DNA from: Takakia lepidozioides | Lineage: Eukaryota > Plantae > Bryophyta | Assembly (NCBI GenBank): GCA_030704615.1 | Contig: CM060731.1 | Span: 15,872,001 to 15,936,000 of the forward strand | Reading direction: 5' to 3' | DNA length: 64,000 nt | Shown: positions 40,901-51,725 of the stretch, piece after piece | How positions within the stretch are numbered: position 1 is the first letter of the stretch | Layout: each line of letters starts with the position of its first letter | Position numbers and translations under genes: made by a program | Notes under the pieces: generated by a model | What the model saw: only the letters and a program-made list of their open reading frames with translations | Told to the model about the DNA's origin: nothing | Database searches by the model: none

Positions 40901-42870
40901 TTCAAATGTATCCTTAATTGCTGACTTTATGTCATGATTCAGGTTCAGAAAGCAAGGTTGGATGTCCCAGGGATGAGTACCATATTTATAGCCAACCCCT
41001 TGACAACGTGCCGCAAAGTCCAAAGTCTCCCGTACTGTCAAGTCTCCAATGTGAGCATCACTTTGACTGATGTATGCAGCTGTCCTTTGAGGCACAAATT
41101 CTGTGAATGCATGGCCATTATATGCAATTGAACCACTGGTCTGCAACAATTCATCACAACATCCATTCCAGAGTGATCCCACATAGCTTTCAGTAAACAG
41201 TAAAAGCACTTACAAGCACCATCAGAGTAAAACAGCCCTAAACCATACACACAGCACTGCTCCCCTGTTCCCCTGTTACTGGTCCTGCCCCTCTCGCCGG
41301 TTAATACGATCAGCTGTCAATCTGTCATCCCTAAATGACAGCTAAGTGAAAATCCATCCCACATAACCTCCATTAATCCCTCCAGAAACACCCAGGGACC
41401 TCTCAAACAAACCTATACCACCCCCATGTAATTCCTGTGATATAGGTCTAGGACACTCCAAGGTCGCATGTTCACCAACACTTCATTCACAACTGTCTCA
41501 AAAGTGTGAAGAGCTTACCCTCAAATCTTTGGCAAGTTTGCCGGCCAAAGCCAATAAGAGAGTTGATTTTCCAGAACCTGGTGGTCCAAGTAGCAATGTC
41601 ATCCTGTCATGTATCCAACAAGCCAAGAGGAAGATAATACATCCTTCAGATTTGTTTGCTGAAAACAAACTCCTGCAAGTGGACCTTACATATAATACCT
41701 TCATACACCCTATAATGCAACATATATCAAGTTCTGTCTAGGTATCTCCAGCATAAAAAATGCGAGAGTCCAATTCCTAAACTGACATGAAGTCTCATTT
41801 TAAAAATTGGATGTCACTGTACTTAAGTCTAGGTTTCAGTATATGGTCTTCAAAATTCAATTTGCTTACCTGCCAGGTCTGATGACACCACTGACATCAT
41901 GCAGAATTTCAAAGTTGAGCTTCTTGGACGGCAGCAAATTGCACGCCCCTAACAAAGACTGCACCACACAAGCATCCTGTTATACAGTGCATAAGAGCAA
42001 TTTAGCTGTGCATGATTCTCCGAGGACACGAAACAACTGAAGCTTGGAGGCCATGTAACTTAGCAAAACCTCTGCAAAACCTTACCTCAATCAAGTTGCG
42101 AACAGAGTTGAACAGAGTTGGCAGAGACCGAGTTCCGATATAGACGTCCGCGTCAATGGACAAATTGTCAAATCGCACCTCAACTTTAGGCAATTCTATG
42201 CCAACCCTGCATGTACAAACCAGGCTCATACATACTGTTCAAAACCGGAACCGGAGTTACATTAATTAACCAATGAGAAGGTAATTCCGCATGTGTTTAC
42301 AACAACACAGCGAGGCGACCGTCGCCGATTGCTTTTCGACACCGGCATGAGGTACGGGAGGACTCCTTGTAGAACCACGACAGTTGCAGGTACAGGGAGA
42401 AACTATTGTAAAGAAAGACTACTGTACAGGGATATATCCTTTTGCTCAGTGAGAGATTACAATGTAGCCATGACAGCACAGCGAAAGAGAAGGGGAGGGG
42501 CCAACCTGTGAATGCGTTGCTTCACTTTTCTGAGGAGACGCTCGTTATCCTGCTCGCTCGTGGCCAAAGCCTTCTCGACAACCCGTTGCCGCTGACCCCG
42601 CTCGAGATGTCTAACGTCAACAGGCTTTGGGTGCTTGTCTCCGTCAACTCCAGCTACGTGCTCAAGAAATGCGGTATGAAGACGGTCATAAGTGGGGAGC
42701 TTCTCAAGAGCAGCCCACTTGAGAGCCTGGAGATCGTCTTCCTCATACCCGGTGCTGGAGCGCCGAGCGAACGCTTCGCGGCCTTCCCCGGTGTCCCGCC
42801 ATACTCTTGATCCTCCATGTTTGCGCTCAAACCAAATATCTCCCTCTGGAAGACTTGCTGCCTCTGCCAT
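31958..42870 (-). CDS. ABCG: Full-size ABCG (PDR-type) transporter, ABCG31-like, ~24-26 exons
   Basis: [16 protein letters not shown]; NBD1 [46 protein letters not shown]; TMD1; NBD2 [63 protein letters not shown]; C-terminus [13 protein letters not shown] introns throughout. Exon structure at 36500-36800 is ambiguous. The ABCG31 similarity is from recalled motifs only. Confidence 0.95.
34683..35251. repeat. Diverged tandem duplication (~210-240 bp) of an ABCG exon end, donor site and adjacent intron
   Basis: 34683-34920 aligns with 35042-35251: TTAACCC.CAAG.TACCTTTCAGAAG...GGCAGCCA.TACCTC.TCAAAG.CCT.AAAAATGTCAATACTTGGT. Confidence 0.85.
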
Positions 42871-45567
42871 TTTTCAGTGTCCTGCCAAATTCTGCATAAA
42901 ATTCGATAGGGGGCCTACTCCAAAAGCTCCTAGGCAATCTTCCCTATTATAACCATTCCATAGTTTCGCAAAACTTGTCAAGTATTACGATCGATGCCGA
43001 GAAATGTGCAGTGCAGAAAGCTCATTTGCCGAACCAACTATCTCGGGATCGGTCCTCACTCTGCATGCACAGCAACGTCGATTCCCCTACGCTATTAACA
43101 TGGATGGCTACACAAGTCAAGCGATCGAGAGAGCATTCACAATAGATGAAGTTTGGATGATGACACAGTGATGCATGACACAGCATGAGACCTGCCGCAC
43201 TTACAGCTACTTAAACGTGTGCATGCAACTCAAGACCACCCAAACTTCTGCTACAACGAATTACACCAGGTAGGCACCAGGTGCAGCGAGGCCGCAAACA
43301 AAAAAGGTGAAGGAAACTCGTGTGCAGAGTAGCAGCCCAGGCGTCCGCTGCTTATGCATAACGATCATCTACAACGGCTGGGTAACGTCATAGTGTGTGT
43401 TTTACGTGTGACCTCAACAGATTTCGTAACAGAACCTCTAGTGTTGCAGCGAGCACGACCGTCAACCAACCTCACGGAATGCGCCGCACTCTACTACTCA
43501 ACTACTGGAATTGTCCATCGATCTTCCCATGGGCCCAGCCGCCGGTGGCATGCTCCTTTCCTGCACACCTCCGAGCCATATATGGCTGGCTTGCATGACT
43601 GCAGCCTCTTTCGACCCATCAGCATCTCCTTTCCACCTCCTTCCTTGTTTCGTGCCGTCTTTGTGACCTTTCCTCCATCCCCTTCCGAGGTTTCAGTGGC
43701 AAGCTTTGCACATGTGAGAGACTGTCGTAATTAAGCACACTACCTACCGACCAGCAGCGAGCAAACACTACGCCCCCACCGCACAAGAGTCATCCACACA
43801 GCGACTCATGCACGCAGAATGCTCACCTCAACACTCCTCCTGCCGGCACGCGCCTCAGAGCTGCTCTTCTCTCTTTCTCTCTCTCGCTGTCACGTCTGTT
43901 GCATGCAAATGGATGCATGCGCTTATATACGCTGCCAAAGAGTTTGGATTTGTGTTTTCAAATAAAAGGGTGTTTCATGGTATACATATTTCCAGTGTAA
44001 CTTACGGAAGGGTGGCTCTGGGGAACCTTCCCCATGGGACAGTGTCCCTGCCAGCTGGGCTACTAGGGACAAGATTGCTGGGGTTAAGGGACCAAAAATT
44101 ACAAAGGCAAAAATCAGCCAGTTCTTCTCTATACTAGTTAGCTTTGTACTACTTTTATTCATGCACCTGCTCCAACTGCACTAAGTTTACCGCTAAAAGT
44201 GAGGTGAGTGACGAAAGTGGGAGGCTTGAAAGAAACCGGTCCAATCTGAGTTGGGGAGAGTCCCCAGTTCTCTCATGATATGTAGTGTCCCCAGTAGTTA
44301 CACTCACTAGTATCATATCAGATAAAGAGACTTAGGGCTCATACAAATGCAGCATTCAACCAAGTTTTGGCACCTCATAAGGCGTAAAGAAGCACAGGAG
44401 AAGCACAGGGATTCTTCCTCTTTTCACAAAGAGAGGTGGTGTTGTTTGCCTTGCCTATGCATAACCTAGGTGATTTAGGGTTCAAAGAATCCACAGGATG
44501 AAGATACAAGATACATTATCATTTACACTTCCTCTCCTCTTTCTTTCTTTCAAGCCTGGATCCGATATACTATTATTTTTCTGTATTTATTAATTATTTT
44601 GTACTCCTGCAAATTTTGCTCAATAATCCCAATCAAGCGTGGAATTATCCAACAATGTCTTCAGAAAGCTAGACCAACCTATTTTTATTTTTATTTTTAA
44701 CTAAAATACGACAAAAATGCAAATCGCATTAAGAAAAAATAACCCCATGAAGGCTAGTCCCTAATACCCTAAACTTCTCTATATTTGGAAAACAATAGAA
44801 ATAACGTAAGAACTTAATGCATGTGTGCGATCTGATGGTACGGTCGCCGGATTCCGGCAGCGAAGAGTCTTAGACATCATCTTCAGAAATAGGTGACAAC
44901 GAAAATTCGAAAATTCATCCGGAGAAAAGTAGGGCTTCGGAATGGCCTCTCCTCGTACAGATCGGAAGCCAATAAGATTTTCAGGCGACTTCCCCTGTTT
45001 ATAATATAATAATTAATAACGGCAAATGCAAGTGTTAGGCTACATTATTTATTAAAAACACTCATGAATATTTCCATTTCAAAACTCCGCCATTCTCTAC
45101 CTCCTTCACTATATGTGTTGTATCATCTACACGTCTAAATGACTCTTAAGTACATGCTATGATCACCCCGCGAGCTTGGATTGCACCCCTTCTTTCCTGC
45201 CCCACAGGATCATCCCCTGACCCGCTCACGCCACCACGCAACTAACTTGTGGTTTAGACTTAGACCTGGAACTCCCTGCTGCACTTTCCTGGCTTCCCAA
45301 CAGGCGCACCTTCTTTACTGACAGGCTTCATTTCTGAGGGCATCAAAGAGTTTCAAAACTGGATCTATCATCATGCTGGTCAGGAACCGCCACTAATCGG
45401 AACCGGGAGCAAGGAGGCACTACGCATCAACTTGGCCAAATGGTATCTAGAGTTGTTCCCATGAATCTTATTGGGAACATGTAGTTTGTAGGTTCCCAAA
45501 CTTGTGGTTTGAAGCCTCGAACTCCTTAGTGCAATTTCCCAAAGGCCCACCTTCGTTCCTACTTCAA

Positions 45568-46400
45568 TGCTCAACAACGGCTGTCTCCCTGCGCAAGCAG
45601 TCAAGCCGCCCCGCCGGTACTGCAGTAGGGCAGTTGGTAATTCAGGGATTTGTATGGGCTATAAAGCTCCAGTACCATCTCTGATGTCTGTTTTGTCGCT
45701 CTGTCTTGTCAGTTTGATCTGCACTCCCTTCTTCTCTAGCCAAGTTCCTGACCTACATTACTACCTCGTGGCGTTGCACACTGTCGGGAATTTCGACTTG
45801 GATCCACCACCCTTGAGCAGTAATTTTCACAGCACCAGCTGGTTGCTGATAGGATCAGGGTTGTAACCTAAGTTCGTGATCCCACTTGGTTGCTTGAATT
45901 TGGATTAAAATACCTAGCTACACTCGTCAGTTTGAGATGCCGGAGACTTTAAGGTCTAAGCAGAAGGAGGACCTACAGTTGCACGCCGTCATGGTGCAAT
46001 CCCAGCCCAGTGTCATGTCACTCTCACCTGCAACTCGCAAAGTACCTAAGTAGGTCGCAAGGCTTCCATATCACCTTTGTCAACACGCTGCACAACCACA
46101 ATCGCATGATGCAAGCCCAAGCGGCCCAAGGTGGATCAGGCGCCAAGTAATTAGTCCAAAGGATGAACTGTACAAAATCCGTTGCTTTCGTTCTACTATT
46201 TTTGTGCATACAGTATTGAGCATCATGGCGGTCAACTACCATATGTCATATAAACCTTAGTCTGCCATAATTGTTCAACCCAAACCCGGCTAGATCTATA
46301 TACGAAAATGGTCCAGGGCTATATTATTGCTCGGGTCATGGTGCAGGGTGATTTGAACCGAGAGCCATACAATTTTACGACAGAGCATATATACGATACC
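45568..46400 (+). pseudogene. Inverted partial duplicate of the UGT promoter, 5'UTR, exon 1 and intron start
   Basis: Reverse complement of ~49628-48840. Retains TATAAA (45660-45665) and ATG 45937 (MPETLRSKQKEDLQLHAVMV), then frameshifts. No copy of exon 2 follows. Confidence 0.9.
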
Positions 46401-47189
46401 TTTGTGCTTGTGACTAAGAGCAAGAGCAAGAGCTGAAACCCAATCCATGACATTCATAAAGGTAAATTGCACAGAGAAAATTTGAATGATGCAAGGACTA
46501 TCACACATTGGAGGACAACTTGATGGGAAGAGAAAAGAACATAAAGAAATTAGATCCTCTGAAGACCCACCTACCACTATTGACACGGCTTGTACATGGG
46601 CCCTTATAAATGTTGCTTGTCCATGATGAATCCGTATATATGAGGTCTCAGCAAAGAAGACGAGCATTAAGGTGGATGAACCTACGTAACAACGTAAGGT
46701 GATCTAATATAAGTAGGACCTCTGCTCTGACGTATCTCTAACGACCTTGCCATCACAATAAACAATGAAGTCAGACATGTATCATTTAAACGAACCCCTC
46801 AGACAAGTGACATGAGTTTAGACAAACCCGTGGAGGAGCACACAGGGTAGAAAATAGAAACACCAATAGATTCCAATTATTTTCACTTCTAGATTCATGC
46901 AACACATCAATAGAAAGCCCTTCAAATAGGCTAAATTTGTCTAGAAAGTCCTTCCAAGTTCAAACAGACTAAATTTGTCTAGTTGGCAGTAGCATCCAAT
47001 TCTCAAATTTTATGACCCTAAAATGAAGGTGTAGCAAGGGTAGATGTGGCCAACCCGACCCTATAGCAAACCCTACTTGGTTTGCCTCTGTCTCTTGGAT
47101 AAGTTGAGTGTAAAGCAACTTGGCTAAGAAGATGGTTCATTGTTCAATCCTCTTCTTTGGGTAAGTTTGTTGGCTTCTACCCTACAGCT

Positions 47190-49288
47190 TCACAAGACTC
47201 TAGACTTTGTGTGGAATGACGCCATCGCCCTCTTCTTCATGTCACGCACAAAAGTCAGAATGTCTTGGTGTGAGGAGCCTCCCTCCATTACGGCTTTGCT
47301 TGCTGCGTCCTTCAACAATCCCGCTCTCTGCCTCAACATTGCAATCTCCTCGTCCTCTCCCCCCATGATAGCCACCACCTTCTCTTTCACCTCCTCCCTC
47401 CCTACTAGCCCGTCCTTCCCCTTCTCGAAGTCTAGACCAATCTTCCAAACATGCGTAATATACCGGCAGTTTATTGCCTGGTCTGCAAAGTATGGCCATC
47501 CTAGCATAGGCACACCGCTCGAGATGCTCTCCAGTGTCGAGTTCCAACCACAGTGGGTCAGAAATGCCGACACCGAAGGGTGGGAGAGCACTGCCGTCTG
47601 AGGTACCCAAGGCAAAATAAGAGCCCGGTCTTTAGTGCTCTCTACGAACTCCGAGAAAAAAGCGAGAAATTCGGTGTCCTGGCCACCTACAATAAGATCG
47701 GGGCGGATTGCCCACAAAAATGGTTGCTGACTCATTTGTAGCCCAGATACAAGCTCCTTAATCTGCTCTACGGACATCACAGCGATGCTGCCGAAAGAGA
47801 TATACAAAATAGATGATGGTTCCTGCCCGTCAAGCCATTGTAAGCACTCCCAATTTTCAGGCCAAAGTGCACTGCTAGCATCACCATTGCTACTCGTGGG
47901 TAAGAGGCCAAGCGGCCCAACTGTACAGATGTTCAAATTCTCCTTTCGCATAGTTTCTATGGCGGGAGCCTCCAATTCGTGGAACGTGTTGAATAGAACC
48001 CACTCAGAGTCATGCATAAGAGGCGTTTGCTGCGTGATCACGAACCGAATAATATAGATTGAAAAATCGTGTGTGAGAAAGAACGAGGGCAGGTCATCAA
48101 CACGCGTCAGTGGTGACATCCCAGGCAAGCAGGTGACCAGTCGCGCACGGGCTGCTGACTCCTCGATACTCAGAGGATGGCGTACAGATTGATCCAAGGG
48201 AGAGATAGAAAGAGATGAAACTGATGGAGATGGTAGGGGCAACAGGCCCTCCGCAACAAGCTGCGTGGGAACGTGGTCATAAGCATACAGGGCGATAGCG
48301 GATGGTGTGACAAATGCTGCAACAGGGATGCCCAAGGTTTTGGCTGGCTCATGTACGCATGTCATGACCACATCACGTATGAGGCACGTGACAGGAGAGT
48401 GCACGATCAGTTTCTCCAGGAATTCATGAAACACAGGCGTAAACGCTTCCAATCCCGAAAGAAGCCCAGAGATGTCAGCTGTCCGGGGGTGATCTTCTGG
48501 TAACCCATCTGGTAGCCCCACAAAGCGAATTCGTGCATCTGACCTGCAGTTTGAGCAGAAATCAGTTTATATACCAATTTCAGTCCTAGCTCAGGTATTA
48601 AAACCGACATATAACATGTAAATTGAAAGCTTGCATCACAGATATATTCGATGGGAGACATTAACTGAATATCGCAGTTTTCTCTACGAATGCGCCTTGA
48701 TTATTACCGTCAGAAATTGTAACGTGCTTATGATTACACTGTCCGGAACAAGCTTGGACGTTTACAAGACTAGTGGCCGGGTCTGTCCCTCAACATCCAA
48801 GTTACGTCAGAGAGATTGAGGCAATTACTTAAAGGACTGATAGCGTGCACGCTCTGTTTGTAGCTCGGTTCAAATCACCCCTGGACCATAACCCTGGACC
48901 ACTTGACAGGTAATTCATATATAGATTTGGCGGGGCTACAATTATCGATCGAGACACACAAAGTTTAAGATGACATATAATAGTTAACGCCATGATCAAG
49001 CGAGCTCAATACTGTGTGCACACACATAATAGAAAGGAAGCAACGATTAATTTGTGTACAGTTCATCGTTTGGACTTACTTGGCTTCTGATCCAGCTTGG
49101 GCCGCTTTGGCTTGCATCATGCGATTGTGGTTGTGCAGCGTGTTGACAAAGGTGATATGGAAGCCATGCGAGCTACTTAGGTACTTTGCGAGTTGCAGGT
49201 GCGGAGTGACATGACCCTGGGCTGGGAATGGCACCATGACGGCATGCAACTGTAGGTCCTCCTTCTGCTTGGACCTTAAAGTCTCCAT
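47190..49288 (-). CDS. UDP-glycosyltransferase, GT1 family (UGT85-like), 2 exons
   Basis: Exon 1 (49288-49080): HAVMVPFPAQGHVTP, GFHITFVNT. GT-AG intron 49079-48544. Exon 2 (48543-47190): VTCLIRD, LYISFGS and a complete PSPG box WVPQTAVLSHPSVSAFLTHCGWNSTLESISSGVPMLGWPYFADQ. An alternative in-frame ATG at 49315 is absent from the duplicate copy. Confidence 0.92.
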
Positions 49289-49541
49289 CCCGAACTGACG
49301 AATGTAGCTAGGCATTTTAATCCAACTTCAAGCAACCAAGTGGGATCGCGAAAGGTAATCCTGATCCGATCAGCAACCAGGCGCTGTCAAAATCGCTGCT
49401 CAGGGGTGGTGGATCCCAGTCGAATTTCCCGGTGCGTATCGAGAGTGTGCAATGCAACGAGGTAACAAACTCGGCTAGAAAAGAAGGGAGTGCAGATCAA
49501 ACTGAAAAGACAGGGCAAAGAAATAGAAGAGAAGGTGGAGC

Positions 49542-49602
49542 TTTATAGCCCATACAACTAACCAACTGCCCTACTGCAGTACTGGCGGGGGGGGGGGGGG
49601 GG
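49542..49602 (-). promoter_or_regulatory. Putative UGT core promoter (TATA box plus C16 tract)
   Basis: CTATAAAG on the minus strand at 49541-49548, ~255 nt upstream of the ATG and conserved in the inverted copy. A run of 16 G on + at 49587-49602. Confidence 0.45.
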
Positions 49603-50094
49603 CGAGTCGCATGGACCGTGTTGAGCAGCAGAATCAGAAACTCCCGACATCGCCGGCTTTGAACCAGCCCTGTCCGTCCTTAAGAAGGAAGGTTGCCTTT
49701 TCGGGATGCGAGGGAAACTGCACTTGCGCGTTCGAAGTTGGTTGCCCGGTCACCTAGTTTTGGGTGATATATTGAAGAGTCACTTAGATGGATGAAATAG
49801 CTCATATTTAGTGAAGAATTTAGTCTTCTCCTTGCTTTCGAATAGGACAGGAAAGAAGCCCAGGCGCTTGGGGTGGCAGATACGTTGTGTGAGATTGCCA
49901 GAGCCCGTTCCATAGTACGTAGTGTCGCGAACCATGGTCATGTTTAGTCTGTAGGCATGTTTCACCTCCCTCACAAGCCGCCCATGTGGCCACCATTGTG
50001 CACGTACGTACTTTTTTACAAGAATGGCAAAAGACACCAATGAAGGCGTCGAGGAGTATATTGCAACCCCCATCATAAGACATGAGTATATTGC

Positions 50095-51490
50095 ACCACC
50101 TGCCTGTCTCTATCTGCAGACTATGTGAGCCCGCCCAAAACCTCCCCAAGGCCCTTAGAAGAGAGGGAGATAGGGCTGCAGACAGGTAACTGGGCCATTC
50201 TATCGTCATGGAGGACCAAGAAATGTCTCCTGATAGAACTGCAGTTTTGTTGTAAGATTGGCTGGTTTCCATTTCTGCCTGACGTGAAGTTCCATAAGCG
50301 CTCGTCTGATGCGTCTGTTGCAGTCCTGCTCGGAGGAAATTTCCACCCCCTCCCTATTTTGTGGCAGTTGGGAAGCAATGGAGAGTCCGTGGCCCTCAAA
50401 GAACATGGATACCTCAGCATTGGGCTGGTAGCCATTTGGGTGGTAGGGCTTGCAACCTCATTAGAAAGATTGTAAGCTGGAAAATGGCCTCAGCTCGAAG
50501 TGGTACACATGCAAATTCCGCTTATAAAATCTGTGATGGCGTTGTACCTGTAGCCCCAAGATTTCCTTGGAGGAAAGACGATTGCAGCGGTTCCAGAGGC
50601 TCCCACCAGGAAACAGGGACACCAGGGGCCCAAAACTGACAGCCATAAGTGGCTGCAGGGTGCGAGTCGAAGAGCCACTTTCTGGTGGGGAGGGTGCATG
50701 GCACAGGTGTATCTGTTTGAATTTAGCCTGAAGGCATATGGAGGCAGGCTTTCCCTTCATCAATCTGTCAATGGCGGGCAATGCAAAATGAACTTTTGGG
50801 TGAGTGGATAACCAGACCCAGGTATGGGTATGATTTCACGACCTCCATCTGTTGCTGTTGAAGAGGAATCTCTGATCAGCATGGCCATTGAAAACCCTGA
50901 TTTTGGTTTTGCTGAGGTTGACCTGGGACCTGCAGCCCGTAGGCATTGGAGAAGTCGTCTAGGATGCGAAGGTGTCGTTGTAAGAAGACCGGACTCGAGG
51001 GACTGAAATGAAAGCCTTTCGGAAGTCCATGAAGCATGCATACACCATGTTCTTGTGATAGGTTGCTCGTTCTACCATAGTTTGAAGAGTGAAATTGTGG
51101 TCAAGAGTGGATCAGCTGTGCCGGAAGCCTGCCTGCCCAGTAGTGCAAAGCTGAGAGGTTGTAGCCCAATTCCATCATCCAGTTCCATGGCCACAACTGC
51201 CCAAACAGTTTAGCCAGCAAAGAAGAAACCATAATTGTGCAATTATTGGTCGGTTCAAGCTTGTCGCTACCTATTCTTGAAGAGAGGGTGGATGATGCCC
51301 ACTATGTTGGAAAGCCATGCTGCACTGCTTCCTTTCCTTGAAGAGATGTGCAATAAATGGGGCCAATGTTGCTGTCGTGTGCTTGATAAATTTGCTCTGC
51401 AGCCCTAACAGGTCCATTGTGCCGCCATTTTGCAATTTCTCGACAGCCTTGCTGACATTGAATGCAGTGAAGAAGGAGAAGTCCAGTGAG
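50095..51490 (-). mobile_element. Older, 5'-truncated, internally deleted LINE of the same family as the adjacent element
   Basis: Fragments FTAFNVSKAVEKLQNG...LAPFIAHLF, FWAPGVPVSWWEPLEPLQSSFLQ, RRALMELHVRQKW and LLRALGRFWAGSHSLQIETGRW align colinearly with ORF2 of the 51622-56313 element. Many frameshifts. Confidence 0.85.
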
Positions 51491-51725
51491 ATGAAACCAC
51501 CCATATGCCAACTTAGAAAGGGATAGCACTCTGAAGGCTCTTCCAGAAGAGTGGTCCGAGGACCCTTTGGAGGAAGTTCGTAAGATTGAGCGTGAGGGAC
51601 ATACACGATCCCACGGGTACAGAAATGAAATGAAATGGTGCTTTATAACGTCCGCGGAAAGCTCGTAGAGCTTATGGGACAAAATGGAAGAAAACATGAG
51701 AGAGGAACAAATCCAGAAACCACAA

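Noticed and set aside
45300-45560. L1-like RT remnant (LAKW motif)
   Set aside because: Too short and degraded to support.
49680-50090. Short minus-strand ORFs next to the old LINE as a captured gene fragment
   Set aside because: No recognisable motif.
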